Source of the DNA: Perna viridis
Lineage: Eukaryota
Assembly (NCBI GenBank): GCA_037379345.1
Contig: CM074521.1
Coordinates: 19,492,704 to 19,556,703, forward strand
DNA: 64,000 nucleotides
Direction: 5' to 3'
Shown: positions 1-13,561 of the stretch, piece after piece
Position numbering within the stretch: the stretch's first letter is position 1
How the letters are laid out: every line of letters starts with the position of its first letter
The notes under the pieces: generated by a model
Told to the model about the DNA's origin: nothing
The model's input: the letters and a program-made list of their open reading frames with translations, nothing else
Database searches by the model: none
Translations under genes and position numbers: made by a program

Positions 1-1694
1 TTCACATCTGGTTCAGTATTTCTGTTTGTATCAAATTATATTAGATTCTGATTCTGTTTTGGGTTATGAATATATTCTATGGATATGAATCATTTTAGTA
101 GGCATTTATTTATAGATTAATTTTCCCTTACTTTTTGTATAAAACCACATTTATTACATTTATTATCTTCCTTTGATGAAAGAGAAGGTTACATGTATAG
201 TTACATATGGCGTCTGTAAGTAACTCTTTTCTATGAAGGAGACATTGACCCTAAAAGTAGAAGCATATTGCTGATGAACCTACAGAAAGATATTTAACAT
301 GGTATTTTGGTGGGATTTCTGCTCTGATAGATCTATATTTTGGTGTTTGGTAATTAGCTTTGATGTGTTCTGTGACAGCGGAATGCTAAACATTAGACAA
401 TTTATACATATTTATCTGGCTTGATTACTTGTACCTGTAGACTGGCAGAGTTCCACTGCTTTTTGTAGCATTTGTCCTGAGATACCTATCTAATAATTTT
501 GTGGTTTAAACACATTCTTTAATTTCTCATTCAACTTAATCAAAGTAGGGATATGTCTTCAACTTGCAGAAGAACATTATTTGTTTTTATTGCAGAACTT
601 CATGCTTTAAGTGTAACTTTTTGTAAGAATCTGGCAAAATGGGAAAAATCAGAACATTGCATGTTGAAAACTCACTAACAATAAAATATCACTCAAGGAT
701 GCTTTCTCTATTAGAAAAGACCATTTTTTTTATATCTGTATCACTGGCTTTGCTCAGAATTTTTTAAATAGAATGTTAGAAAAATGAAGTTAAAGGCAGA
801 GTTATCTACCCTTGAAATGTTCTTTTTCAGTGCATTTCAATGAATTACAACTCAATTTGCCGAAGTGATATTTTGGTTTTTTTTTCTTCTTGTCTTCTTT
901 CCTTGACTCTGAAGGTGCAAATAATCAAATTGAACTTTTGACATTGTGGATTTGCCATACCATTTTTCACCCACTTCCTGATTCTTACAGAGACTGACAC
1001 CTAATAAAGAAATGGACTAATGGGAATCGTGAATTCTGCTTTAGATTTATCTTGATCATGTATCTTCTATTACTGTTTTATACAAGATACTTAATTTTCA
1101 GTTAGTTTATTATGAATTCTATTATCAGTTTAAAACAAGCACTTTAAGTTTGATTATGTTTTCTGTGTTTTGATGCAAAATTTACATTTGCAAATATTGT
1201 AAACATCATTTTAGTAGCCCTGATAAGTTTTGAAGATACTTGTTCACTCAAATAAGCTGTGGTGTTTATGTTCTAAGGGAGATAATTCAAAAATAACTAA
1301 ATGCACAGATCATTCTTTGCTGATAGAGGAATTGTAATCCTATTCTAATTGTAACAACTCCTTATATCAACATTGTTATTTTATTTTTTCCTTCTTTCTG
1401 TTGTCTCCATATTTGTCGGTCATTGGTTAATTTTGTCTTGGATTTAATGTTGCTTCTGTGAAAACTTATTTTGTCTTGAAGATGAAACTGTTGCTGAAAG
1501 AATTTGTTCTTAGTTGACCCACTTGTTGATTTTTTTATAGGTTTTTAGGGAGGGTGAAAATATTTGATCTCTCTTATATTACAAGACCTACTTTATTACG
1601 TTAAAATTTGACACATTATCTGCTGTATAATTGGAAAGTATTATACTCGTAGCTAACAAAGTCCATGAGTTTTAGTCACCTTGTCGGTCTGTCT

Positions 1695-2100
1695 ACCCTA
1701 ATAGAAAAATAAGCTGTCTCGCAAATATTTTTGAGAATGTTGCTGCAAATGAGTTTTCTGGCAAAAATTTGCAGCAACATTGCAGCCAATACTTACAATA
1801 ACATTGCTGCTATATTTGCAGGAAAGTTGCAGGAAAATGTAATTGTGTACTTACGATTATTATTTGTATGTGTATAAACACACCTGTTTGTGTAGTACAC
1901 ACTCTGTATGTGTATAAAAACACCTGTATGTGTAGTACACACTGTATGTGTATAAAAACACCTGTATGTGTAGTACACACTCTGTCTATATATATATAGA
2001 GAGAGAGAGATGAGTAGAAATTGATTATAAGCACACAGAGTGTCCATTGATCATTTAACTATGCAGCAACATTGGCAGCAACATTCTTTTTGCTGAAGGG
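1695..2100. mobile_element. Possible non-autonomous DNA transposon with gcagcaacatt subterminal motifs and an internal mini/microsatellite
   Basis: Ends are CCCT... and ...AGGG. aatgttgctgc on the left is inverted relative to gcagcaacatt on the right. Internal ~40-bp repeat and (TA)n(GA)n. Confidence 0.4.
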
Positions 2101-2614
2101 GTGTCCATCTGCTGAACAAGGATTTTCAGTAATTCTTATATATATTTCTTGCAATATAATAAAGGGAGATAATCTTAGGTAGGGTTTAAGGCTTTATTTG
2201 TAGGGTGTCCAATTTGCAAGTTAAAATAAATGTAATAATATATTTATGAATTTTTAATGTAGCTCCTTTTTGTTTACACACTGTATGTGTATAAAAACAC
2301 CTGTATGTGTAGTACACACTCTGTCTATATATATATAGAGAGAGAGAGATGAGTAGAAATTGATTATAAGCACACAGAGTGTCCATTGATCATTTAACTA
2401 TGCAGCAACATTGGCAGCAACATTCCTTTTGCTGAAGGGGTGTCCATCTGCTGAACAAGGATTTTCAGTAATTCTTATATATATTTCTTGCAAGATAAAA
2501 AATGGAGATAATCTTAGGTAAGGTTTAAGGCTTTATTTGTAGGAAGTCCAATTTGCAAGTTAAAATAAATGTAATAATATATTTATGAATTTTTAATGTA
2601 GCTCCTTTTTGTTT
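1937..2614. repeat. 339-bp direct tandem duplication (1937-2275 / 2276-2614)
   Basis: Near-identical copies offset by 339 bp with a few substitutions. The left breakpoint lies in a ~40-bp tgtatgtgtataaaaacacc minisatellite (about 1865-1985). Confidence 0.93.
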
Positions 2615-2629
2615 GGTGATAGCGGGTGG

Positions 2630-3470
2630 GCATGCATCAACATTGGTTTCCAGACAATAACTGTAAAAGTTTAATACCAAATTCAAATGAAACTTAGGGA
2701 TATTGCTACATACCTGATTAGTGAGATCCCTATTAGATTTGGGGAAATTTTGTTTAAAGTCAAGGTCACAATGACAAATTTTTTTTTTAAACTTTTTCCG
2801 TAAAATTGAGGTTTCCAGATGATAACTTAATAAGTTTACATCAGATTCAAACCGAACTTTTTGATACTGTTCAATACCAGGAAAGTGCAAACCCAATCTG
2901 TTCTTGGGAAATTTCATTCCAGGTCTAGGTCACAGTCATAAAAAAAAAAAATTAGGTTTCCAGATGAGAATTCTTAAGTTCACCTCTGATTCAGACCAAA
3001 TGTTAGGATATTGTTACATGCTAGATAAGTTAGATAATTGGAAAAGTTTTTGTCAAGGTTAAGGTCAAGTATGCTAAAGAAATTTACATTTTTGTGTAAA
3101 AATTAGGATTTTAGGCAATAACATAAAATGTTTACATCTGATTGAAATGGAACTCTGGGATATTTTTACATACCAGTTATATAAAACCACTATCAATTAT
3201 AGGGGAATTTAGTTGGTAATCAGGGTCACAGTTTTCAAAAAGCGTCATTATTTTCCTGTAAAAATAAAGTTTCTAGACCATAACTCAAAATGTTTGCATC
3301 CAACTCAAATGGAACTTTTTGATATTATTACATACCAGGTAAATGAGAACCTTATTGATTTAAAATATCTAAAATATTTCTTCTCTAAAATTGGAATGCA
3401 ACTTGGCTTATTCACCTTGGTGCATTTTTTTATTTTTTTTGTTATTGAAAGTTTCCGTTTTAGATTTACT
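2630..3470. repeat. Degenerate ~150-165 bp satellite-like array (about 5 units), resembling bivalve Helentron/HINE-associated repeats
   Basis: The motifs gtttccagatgataact, aaactt..ggatatt and aaggtcaaggtcac recur near 2646, 2812, 2957, 3106 and 3270. Family assignment is by resemblance only. Confidence 0.55.
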
Positions 3471-5407
3471 TTGATGAGAGTTGCATGGGAACTCTAAGTT
3501 TAGGCAATGAGTTCACAAGTTTAGTTTGTTGATTATTCAAGTTAGATGCATACTTTGTATGAATGATAGGTTTAGGTTTTGAATTAAAAGTACATACAGG
3601 CCATTTTTTATTAAAACTGACATATGACATAATTATGACCCACTCAATCATTCTCTTGTGTACAAAGTTAGATAACTCTGTCTTGCTTACTCACTTGAAT
3701 GGAACAGCTGTGAAAACAAGGTGGATTTGATCAGGCTGAAAACAACATGAAGATAAAAGGAGGGCTTTTACCTGAATAAATAAATGATGAGTTCTTCCTG
3801 TGCAAATTTGATCTGAAATTAGCTATAAATTCGGAAGAATTGGAATTGACAAAATTTTTAAATTTTTTTAAGAAATAAATATTTGTATTATTCCTCATAC
3901 TGTATGTATTCAATAAGATTTTTATTTGTTTGCTTTCATGGATATAACTTAAGGTCCATATTAGATATCATGGACCAGTAGGAAATTGGATGGAATACAT
4001 TCATCAACAGAGTAAAAATGTAAGGTCATAATTTGGAAAGTTGTGTATATTTTTCTCCTTTCTTTCACAAGAAACCACATTTAAAAGGTATAATATAGCA
4101 AGTAGTTCATGATACTTAGGGTCAAATTGTAATATATGGACTGGTTAGTTGCCCTCAAGAATTCAATGGACCTCAGCTAACCTGTCTTTATATTGCCATA
4201 TGACCCTCAGCATCATGTACTCAGCTCAGCCTTGAACTTCAACTAAATGATACTTCCCTATTATGAGTCATGATATGTCCTTGGTTAAAAAGTGTATTTT
4301 GAGATTTCCCAAATGTTCACTGAACCATAACCATACTGTAAACATGTGCTTCTAATGATTGCATATCTTTGTTTGACAACTTTCTGGTAGATATTTAAAG
4401 GATTTTAGAAGATTATTGGTTTGAAAGCATAAAACCAGGATGTCTGACATGGAAGTGGTAAGAGAGATTTTACATGTGAACTTTTGACCTTCTTTGTTTG
4501 GGTCCATATTTTTTGTGGGAAATTCAATTGTAGAAAATAGTCCTGGCTTTGTTTACATTGTATAATCCCACCAGCTATGTCACAATGGTAAATCTGCAAC
4601 ACATCTATTACACAGTAAACATTTTATTTCATGCATTAAATTGTAGGGCTGTATTGTTACCAGCTATAACATTATTTACATTGCCATTATCAGATAATAA
4701 TGCATGCATTATATATATTGCAATTGTTAAAGTGTGATTTAATTCTTGCTTTTAAAGACCCCACTTTAGGGGTTTTAAAGTTTTGTGTGATGGAGCTCAG
4801 ATAAAAACAGTTCTATGGTTTAATAAAGTGATGATTTTAGAAAAGTAATTAATATATTATCTATATAACAGATAATCTCTTCATGAACTAATAGACATTA
4901 ACTGGAATACACATAACATGTACATGAATGAGGGTTGTGACCTAAGCTTTCTGAAATTTCATACAGAAGGAATTTAATCCAGTATTAAATAAAGATATCT
5001 ATTTTGATGAAATGGACGAGAACAATTGTGGCACAGTAGTAATTGTTTATTTGAAAGAGGGTTTGCTGAAGTGTTTTTGTCAAAGGATCAGTCAGGCCCG
5101 AAATTTTAAACTTTCTTTTTTATTGTACTATAATGCCCCAGAGGCTATTGGCCAAATTAACAATTCTTGTCCTCAAGCTGGACATAGAAATATCTAATTG
5201 CCATCGTTTACAGAGAGCTTACCAAAATAAACATTTACCTGTGACCACAAGGTGAAGAAATTTTTGAGGTAATGACTTAGAACAAGTTGACATGGGGGTG
5301 CTACAGTACTGGTAGTTTGTTTGTAAACATGGACATGGGGAAATAGTTTACGTACATGCATGTACATTTGTGTACTGGCACATTGTTTATCTTTTGTATA
5401 CTGAGTT

Positions 5408-5592
5408 GAGTCAAACATGTCTTAGCGAACACCTGTATTTATACAGTAATAACCTGTCTTAAAAGACTTGAATTAAATCATCCAGATGTAGAGCATTCTA
5501 CTTAAAATTATCCTGTATATAAAGACCACCTGTCTTATGTAACCAATGTTTTGTTCTCTTTTGGAAGGTCACTTATGGCATGTTTCATTGTA
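5408..5592 (+). mobile_element. Tc1/mariner-like MITE (agtcaaacctgt... family), decayed
   Basis: Terminal agtcaaacatgt / catgtttcattgta and internal gaccacctgtctta motifs. Related inverted copies at about 22590-22725 and 28381-28884. Confidence 0.55.
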
Positions 5593-8500
5593 CATGTACT
5601 TTAAACTTATTTGGAATACTTGTTGGCATACAAATATAAATATAAATACATGTACTTCAAGTACCATATCAGCTATTTACTTCCTTCTTTGTATACATGC
5701 AGTAGGTAAACAATATGATTTCTGAATTATTGATGAGGTGGTGTAAAACAAAAGGAATCAGAAGTTAAATTACAGTGGAACCTGCTTTAAGTGACCTTTC
5801 ATTGGAGACCAAATGCATACACTTCATGCACTGAAAGTATTTGTTTAGTTGAAGTAATGCAAAGCAAGTTGTATTTTTGTTTTTAACTTGCTCTGATATT
5901 TACATTTACATATGACTATACTTGTATATATTAACCTTAAATGTTCATGATGATGTTGCATCTATAATCAGTCAAATGTTATCTGACTGATTAATAATGT
6001 AGTGCTGACCTATTTTTGTTGCTACCAGATGTCAATAATTACTGTTAAGCTGATTTTAAAAGTTTTCTGCATAAGTGCCTGCTAGTGAAAATTTCTGAGA
6101 AATCCTGAAAAAACAACCTGGGACAACCCTTGAGAGGTTTTCGAGTTGCTTGAGTAGATGTACACCAGTATAAATTTATGTTAGCTATAACATGCTCTAA
6201 AGTTTTAGAGGCTCAGCTAAACCTAAGTAACATTGAATCTCTGTGAAGCTTTTAACCTGCAAGTGCAATCCATCTGTAATTTTAAGTAAATACATGTACA
6301 TGTAAGTAAAGGACTACAGGGAACAATTATTCAGGCATTGAGGAAATTTAGCTATAAATGGGTAATCAAAATATCAACAGAATGGGAAGGTACTGAAGCA
6401 TCAATGTAGACAAATAATGTGGAGATCCAAAGACATGATCAAAATAGGGAAAAAATGAAACGACAACATCAAGAATACAAAGAAATAAAAAAACTTGCTA
6501 CATATGTATATGAACTAACCAAAAAAAAAAAAAATTGAAATTTGTTCAACAGAATGTGATGTTTGCTACAGTTATGCTTAGAATTGATTAGTAAACGAGA
6601 GATTTTCTTGAAAATAGTATTAAGACTGAAGTTCTTTCTAACTGGGAAAGATAACTTGTTAATGATCAGGGGTTTACGATTCTTCTTTTATCTATGCACT
6701 CTGTTAAACATGTATGCTGATTGATGACAGGGTAACACTGTAATGGATTACTGCAGCGATTACCAGATACACAAAGGAAGAAAAAGCTATTATAGACTGA
6801 TGGAGAATTGACACCAGTATACATCTCTATGGACTGTTAATGACTGTAAATTACTGTGAAATACTGTATAAATATTTACAGAGTAAATTACTGTTATGCA
6901 ATTTTATCAATGGATTCACGTTTTTTTTTTATTTTTTTTTATAGATTTTGGGTTCAGGTTTCTGTAAAACAATAATATTCAGTGATATGGTGCGGGTGGT
7001 TAAATTTCTGAAGCTTCATAGACTGTAAAAGATTTGAATGAACTGATCTACCATATTCTGGTACAAAATGTAGCTGAAGATGAGGGTTAGAGAGCCATTT
7101 CCAGTTTCCTGTTGAAAAATAAAATTAAACCTTTTCTATATGTCTAATTTGAAAGACTTAATAAAAGTCTCACTGTAGAAATGTACAAATACATGTATAT
7201 ACACTATCCATCTGCTGTACGGCTTACTTGTAGAATGATAATGATTAAGGACAGTTCAGGTTATTTCTGGTCATTTTAAGCACTGGAATCTGTGAGAATC
7301 AGGCAAAATGGTAAAATAGTGTACCATGCTCTGAAAAAAAAAACCACTAATTTTTCATTTAAGGCATAGTAAATTAATTTGAGATAAATACTGTAATCTG
7401 ACTGGTTAAAATAATTTTGTTAAATCAATGGATAAAAAATGTTGATACACCCCTATTCAGTTAAATTCAGAGCTACATTACTCATGTTTAAAGATAAAAA
7501 TATGTTTATTGCACTTCGCGCAATAAACAATATGCACATGGAAAATTTATGTTATTTTTCAATAGACAAAATTTTTATTATTGCCAATTCTTCATTGTTA
7601 AGATATATACAAAAGTTAATTTAAGAGGTTAAATAAGTAAAACACATTTGTATTAACTTACTAAGCCCAATTAATGATTATGTAATTAAGTAATCAAGGG
7701 AGCTTGTAGCATAAATACAAGAATAAGGAAATCAATTATAACTTTAGTGTTAAGTGGTAGTGTCTTTGAAAAGCAGGCAGGAGGTAATTCATGCATGCCA
7801 AAACCCATCAAATTCACTTTTCTTATTCAGAAACAGTTACAGACCACAAAGCTATTCTAAGGAGGATAGATATAGTGTATATGTCAAAGGGACAACAACC
7901 CTACTCTGATGAAAATGTCAGCCCATGGCCACATTTTGTAATTTATACATGAAATTGGTACTTTGTAAAAGTTATAATTTTTTATTTGGTTGAGATTTTC
8001 TCCAAAATACAGATATGTTTGTAGAGAGGACAATAATGATAGGGCTTATGTAGACCAGAAAAGAATTGTTTTTTTATAGAATTTTGCAGTGCCTGAATTT
8101 TTATGGCCAGGTACTTAATATTTCACTATTTCTTACTTCACTTAACGGCCAAATTAAAAAAATGAAAAAATGTGTGTTTTCTATATCCCTACCCACCCTA
8201 TTTTTTTCAGCGAAAAATATTTTACCCTTAGGGTTTTTTTTGGTCATTTTTCAAAAAGCACTGTTAAAGTCAGTATTTCAGTTAAAATGAATACCCCACT
8301 GCCCTCAGTAATCTAACGGTTGCTCCCTGGGTAGTCTTAGACTCAGTGTAAAAAAATAGTGAAATTAAAAAAAAAATCCCTATTTACCTACCTTACTTTT
8401 TTTAAAGATGTAATAAGGAACATATATTATTTATTGGGCATTTAAATTGTTAATTGGTTGGAAGTATAGATCTGGAGAGGAAGTGATTTCAATAGCACAG

Positions 8501-9913
8501 AATAAAATACATTTTTTAAAAGGGAAGAAATAATATACTTACTATTTATAGCTTTGCATGCTTGGTGAATTTGTAGGTCATTCAAAATTCATGATCATTG
8601 CATGTAATATTCAACAAGTTTATACAATTCATGGTGCATGCATATTACTTAATTTTTTACTCAAAAGATTTACCAAGCAGAATCTAAAATTGATAATTCA
8701 TTGATTCTGTTCTAAAGCTATATTTGGAAGCTCATCACTGGTAGTGAAGGTTTTAAATTAGTTAATTTACACCTGCGTAGGTAATTTAAGACTTCATTAA
8801 TGTGTAAATATTTGTGAAAGTCTGATAGAGCTCATCAATATTATGTAATGGGAGATATTGTATGTTAATTTCATGGGTTTGAAGAGTCTTTTGTTGGCAA
8901 TTACACGAACAACATCTTTTGAAACCAGATGTAATTTCCAATTATGTATACTTGTGTCTGTTTTTACATCATTGGTAAAGTAGTATTGGCTTTGACATGC
9001 AGCTGTTAGTAAAGTTGAGTTGAATAACTCCTTGTGTGTAAAGGTATTTTGTCATCCCATGCAGGAATAAGGATGAATTAATTTTAATGTTTTAAATTGA
9101 ATTGAACTTAAATGATTCAGAGTATGGATAAGGTGCTGCCATCTGTTGCAGCCCTCCAAAGATCCCACATATGTTATCGCTAAGTTCAAAACACTAACTT
9201 AACAGGTAAATGACAAAGAAGTTTTCGACCTGATAGTAATAAATAATTGACTGTACATAGATGTAGGTATATATCTACTGATACTTGTATCTACATCTAC
9301 AAGCACAAGAACTTATAGATCTGTTATATCAACATGCAAATTTTTGAAAAGAATAAACAGGTACATTATCCAATTTGTGGCCATCTTAAGTGACTAAAAT
9401 CAGTTAATGAGGTGTACTTAGTTAGGAAAACCTATTTTTTTCTGTTTTACCTAATACGCTGTTTTCTCTTTGGCCTTGCACCTTTATCTGCATAAGTCTG
9501 GAATACCAACAGACATTAGAATTTCTGTGGAGTGTTATGTAAACATTTAACTTGTATGATAAAACTTTCCTGCATTATGTGAAATGTCAGATGTTTTCTT
9601 AGAGCTTATAGATGGATTTTACTGATGACTAAAGCAGTAGATTCTCACCGTGATGACGTTAGAAAGCTTCAGTAATTGATAGATAATATTGTACTGTATG
9701 CTTCTCTTTCCTGTATTTAAGAAAATTAGGTTTCCTCTGTAACACAGCACTATAATTACTATAAACTACTCAATTGATATTTGTATGGGATAAAGTGAGA
9801 TGTTATGTAATGGTTCTAAGCATCATTAGATAATGACTAAGTTTTTCACTGTATCACTGTAAGGCTTTTGTAGAGGAGAGCCCCATTTTGCTTTTTTATG
9901 AAGGGGAAAGTAA

Positions 9914-10011
9914 AAGTTACCTTGATGCTTACATGAGATTGATGTAAAATGCTGAATACAAACATTCCAATGATTTGTAAGAGTTGTGTCCCTTACCCTA
10001 GGTCTATCTTC
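9914..10011 (+). mobile_element. Right half of the same Kolobok-like MITE
   Basis: ttgatgcttacatgag...gagttgtgtcccttaccctaggtcta matches the 3' half of the 60026 copy. Confidence 0.75.
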
Positions 10012-10980
10012 TTACTCGTGTGGTTTTAAACCTGTATGGCTGTAATGGTATAAGCCCATTGGGAGCATATGCAATAGGTTTCATAGACTTACCATAGCTC
10101 ACCAGCTAGTTTAACATTATTTTAACATACAATTTCTGGCTTTTTCTCCTCTACAAAATCTGGCAAGGTCATGTGCATCCTGAATTGACTATTACTTTAG
10201 AAGGTGACTCAATCAACAGTATTGGTCAACTTGGTTCATGTAACTATGACAATGTGAGACTGTATTGGCATGTTAGTTAGATATTCAAATGGAGTCCTAT
10301 CATTTTCGTTTCTGTTTAGCTATTCATAAGGTCAATCAAAATTCTCTCTGTGGTAAAGGAATGGAAGAATGTAGCTACTCAGGTTCAAATTTACTTTATA
10401 GAGTGAAAGATACTGGACTTTTGCAAGCTTCAAATCAAAGGTCCACTCAAAAGGAAAACCAGAAGTCCACATTATTAAAGTGTTAATTAAAAGTGTTTAA
10501 AGTCCAGCACACATGTAAATGAAATCGAAGTCCCAAATCCATGTTTCCATACCTCGTACCACCACTTATTTGAACCCTTAGGCCATAAACAATTATTAAC
10601 AGACAAGAATGCTTGTACAAACAATTTTAAAGATAAATACTAAAACACGTCCCATCGGCATAGCTAAACTTCTATGGTCATTTTAAGATGTGACATATAA
10701 TGTCAATACATTCAATTTTATCACTGTGTACAAAGAGACCTAACATTATACTGATACATGAAGAACTTCACTAGTGCCCTTGGGCAAATCAACGCTTATA
10801 GTTTATAGATGGATCTGTCTGAACTCTCAGTAGTTCATTATATTGGTTGTCTTGCCCCTAAGCCTATATGTACATATATGGCCCTTGTATATCACTTATA
10901 TGTGCATTTTTCACACTTTGATGTACACATTAAAGTTATTCACGACATAAACTGTACTTGAACATTACTGACTTGTATGT

Positions 10981-11178
10981 CGCTTACCCTACCGGTGCAC
11001 CTGGTCCATGCTCCCAGTTCTTAGTGGAGTCTGAGTTGCTCATTTACTTTTGTTACTTTGTATGTATGATTTTAGTTACTTTATGTTCTTTGTTGTGTAT
11101 GTTTTCCATTTCTGGTCTTTGTCCCTGGATTACATTCTTTTGATTACCGCTATAACATTGGTTTCCTTGATTATTCTT
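10981..11178 (+). mobile_element. 5'-truncated copy of the 48566 repeat
   Basis: Direct sequence similarity; it also produces the paired spurious ORFs 10958 and 48573. Confidence 0.8.
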
Positions 11179-11467
11179 ATATGAATTCACTATTGATTGA
11201 GGAATATACTTTGCTTTATCAGTGTTTGACTAAGGTTAATTTAGCTATTTTGATGACTTCAATAGATCCTTCTACTTCTCAGCTATTAGCCCATTGCCTA
11301 GTCCATGGGCCAATTATCAAGCAAACCAAGTTATTTGAAGAGTAAGTTGAAATTTCAAGTTATCTACTATGCTTACACCATGATACTTTGTTAAAACTAT
11401 ATATTTTGCCCTAATGTCAGTAGTGTTTGACTTGTGTTGGGGAGTTTCATTATTGTTGCTAGATATT

Positions 11468-11590
11468 ACCTGAATTTACTCACTTGCAATATGATGGGTG
11501 CTGTTGGCAGAGCAGGACATGCTCATCCTGAAGTCACTCTGGTTTTTTGTAGGAGTTTATATTGCTAGTACTTTAGTTGTTTGCTTGACA
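11468..11590 (+). mobile_element. Divergent relative of the 48566 structured repeat
   Basis: Same motif order (cctgaatt, stem, GGGTG, GCAGGA..TGC, GGTTTTT loop, closing stem) with a different stem sequence. Confidence 0.45.
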
Positions 11591-12689
11591 TCTTGTTTCC
11601 CTTATCATCAGATTTTATGTGTAATCTGTTTTATTCTGTTCACTACATGGTATGTGTAGATAATCTCTGTTTCATGTGTTAACCTTAATTTCATAGTTTT
11701 GGCAATTTGACATATTTGAATCATCCATGTTCTCATTGCTGACTCTTGTATTTTTCTGCCAGTATTTACTCATTTCCACCCCATATGCATAAAGTTCAGA
11801 TCATGCCATCTAAATCGTTATTCCTATTTAAGGCAGTAATATTATTGTGGTGAAGGTCCAAATTACATTTCATCCAATTAGTATTATTTGTATAGCATGT
11901 GTTAAAGACAGATTATTAATGTAATCTTTGTAGCTAAGTAGTGCTGTCAGATATGTAAACAGAATAATGATTTTCTTCTGAGATCTGTCTTGAAATAATT
12001 CTTTAGAGTTAAGATAAAGTAAAGATAATTATCCAGATGATATTGAAGCAAGTGAATCATCGAAATCTTTCTAACAATGTTGCTGGAAAAAACATGGATC
12101 TGTAGTCCATTTGTGTATTAAATGAAAGTGAATTATACAGCTGGGCTTCAGATTATTTTTGCCAATAGGGTATGTAAGTCTCGTCATGTGACCCTGTGAT
12201 TTTATGAGATTCGGTCCTAGTCTACCATTCAAAAGCATGGAGACTTGTTGTTTAGAGAATGTCGAGTTTCGAGTTGAGGGCAAAACATCTTTTTGTTTTA
12301 AAAAATACCAATAAAAAATAATATCTATTTCTACATGATAAAGGTATTAAGAAAAAACATAAAATAGAAGATTTTGCATTGTTATACAGCATTTCGAGTA
12401 CCCGGAAGTAAATAATAAAATGCAGATTGGTCTTCGGTTTTCAATACGTTCTACGTTGTGAAATCCGGTAAAGAAAATGAAAATAAAACGAGACTTACAT
12501 ACCCTATAAATCCATTTTTGTACCACTTTTCTGAGCACCTTCACCTTGTACTTTTGCAGATAAAATAATGAAACACTCTCCATAAAGTTTGGTTGAAAAA
12601 TGTTTTTTAGCACCAAACTTTAAAAAAAATTGTAATGCAAAAGCATATAGGCAGAAACAATCAGAAGTCTAACTGATGTCAGTTTTACT

Positions 12690-12844
12690 GAGTAATCAAG
12701 GGAACCAAGATTCCAGCAGAAATTGAAAGAATGTAATCCAGGGGCAAAGACCAGACAGGGAAAACAGACAAACATAACATAGAACATAAAATAACCAAAA
12801 TAATACATATAAAGTAAAAAATTTAATGAGCAAATATGACTCGG
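12690..12844 (-). mobile_element. Inverted, truncated copy of the 48566 repeat
   Basis: gagtaatcaagggaaccaag...gaatgtaatccagggg is the reverse complement of the family's 3' end. Confidence 0.75.
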
Positions 12845-13265
12845 CTAAATATATGTCTTCTGAAACCATGTAACCATATTTATAACTTACAGAAATACTA
12901 TGTCCATAGTGATTACTGTATTGATCAATTATGAACATTTTTTTTTCTGTCAAAATTGTGGCATGGCAGTCCATACTGTAAGTACATGTATAATGTACAT
13001 GTGTACAATGTCTGAAATTATCAGTACAACTATGATAATGCAGTCTATCAAACCAGTGTGATATTCTAGTGATCGCATCTGTTTTAAATTTGGTGACTGC
13101 TGGTCCTTCATATATTTAACAGAATCGGTTAAGATGCGTAGATAGGTTCAGGGACTACACAGATGTACGTGTATTTGAACATATATACAGTTATATAAAG
13201 ACAGGGTTCAATAAATTGCAATTAGAACCAGTTACTTTTTGTGCAATCCTCTATATTTACACTGA

Positions 13266-13486
13266 CAGGGTTTGATATTAACTATATTTGTTTGGTGGTC
13301 AACAGGACTACTTCTGAGGTAAAACAGGTAGTTTGCAGACAGTAATAACTGTTCTTTTCTAAGATCTTATGAAAAATAAAGAAAAATTTAGATAGCCCAC
13401 AGGACTACCATGAAAATTTTTCAAGTAGTCCTCTCCAAAATTAGGGTATCACAGGACTACTGGACTACTGTTAGTGTCGATCCCTG
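13266..13486. mobile_element. hAT-like MITE
   Basis: TIRs CAGGGTTTGATATTAAC / GTTAGTGTCGATCCCTG and repeated acaggactac subterminal motifs. The target-site duplication is not clearly preserved. Confidence 0.6.
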
Positions 13487-13530
13487 GACTGTTACAATAT
13501 TTTAAATGAAATGGTATCTGTTTTATTATC

Positions 13531-13561
13531 ACTGATGTTTTTTTTTCTTTTGTAGGTAAGT
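13531..13561 (+). promoter_or_regulatory. Putative recursive splice site (ratchet point) 1
   Basis: actgAt branch-like motif, 14-nt pyrimidine run (13538-13551), then gtAG|GTAAGT with the junction at 13555/13556. Confidence 0.6.
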
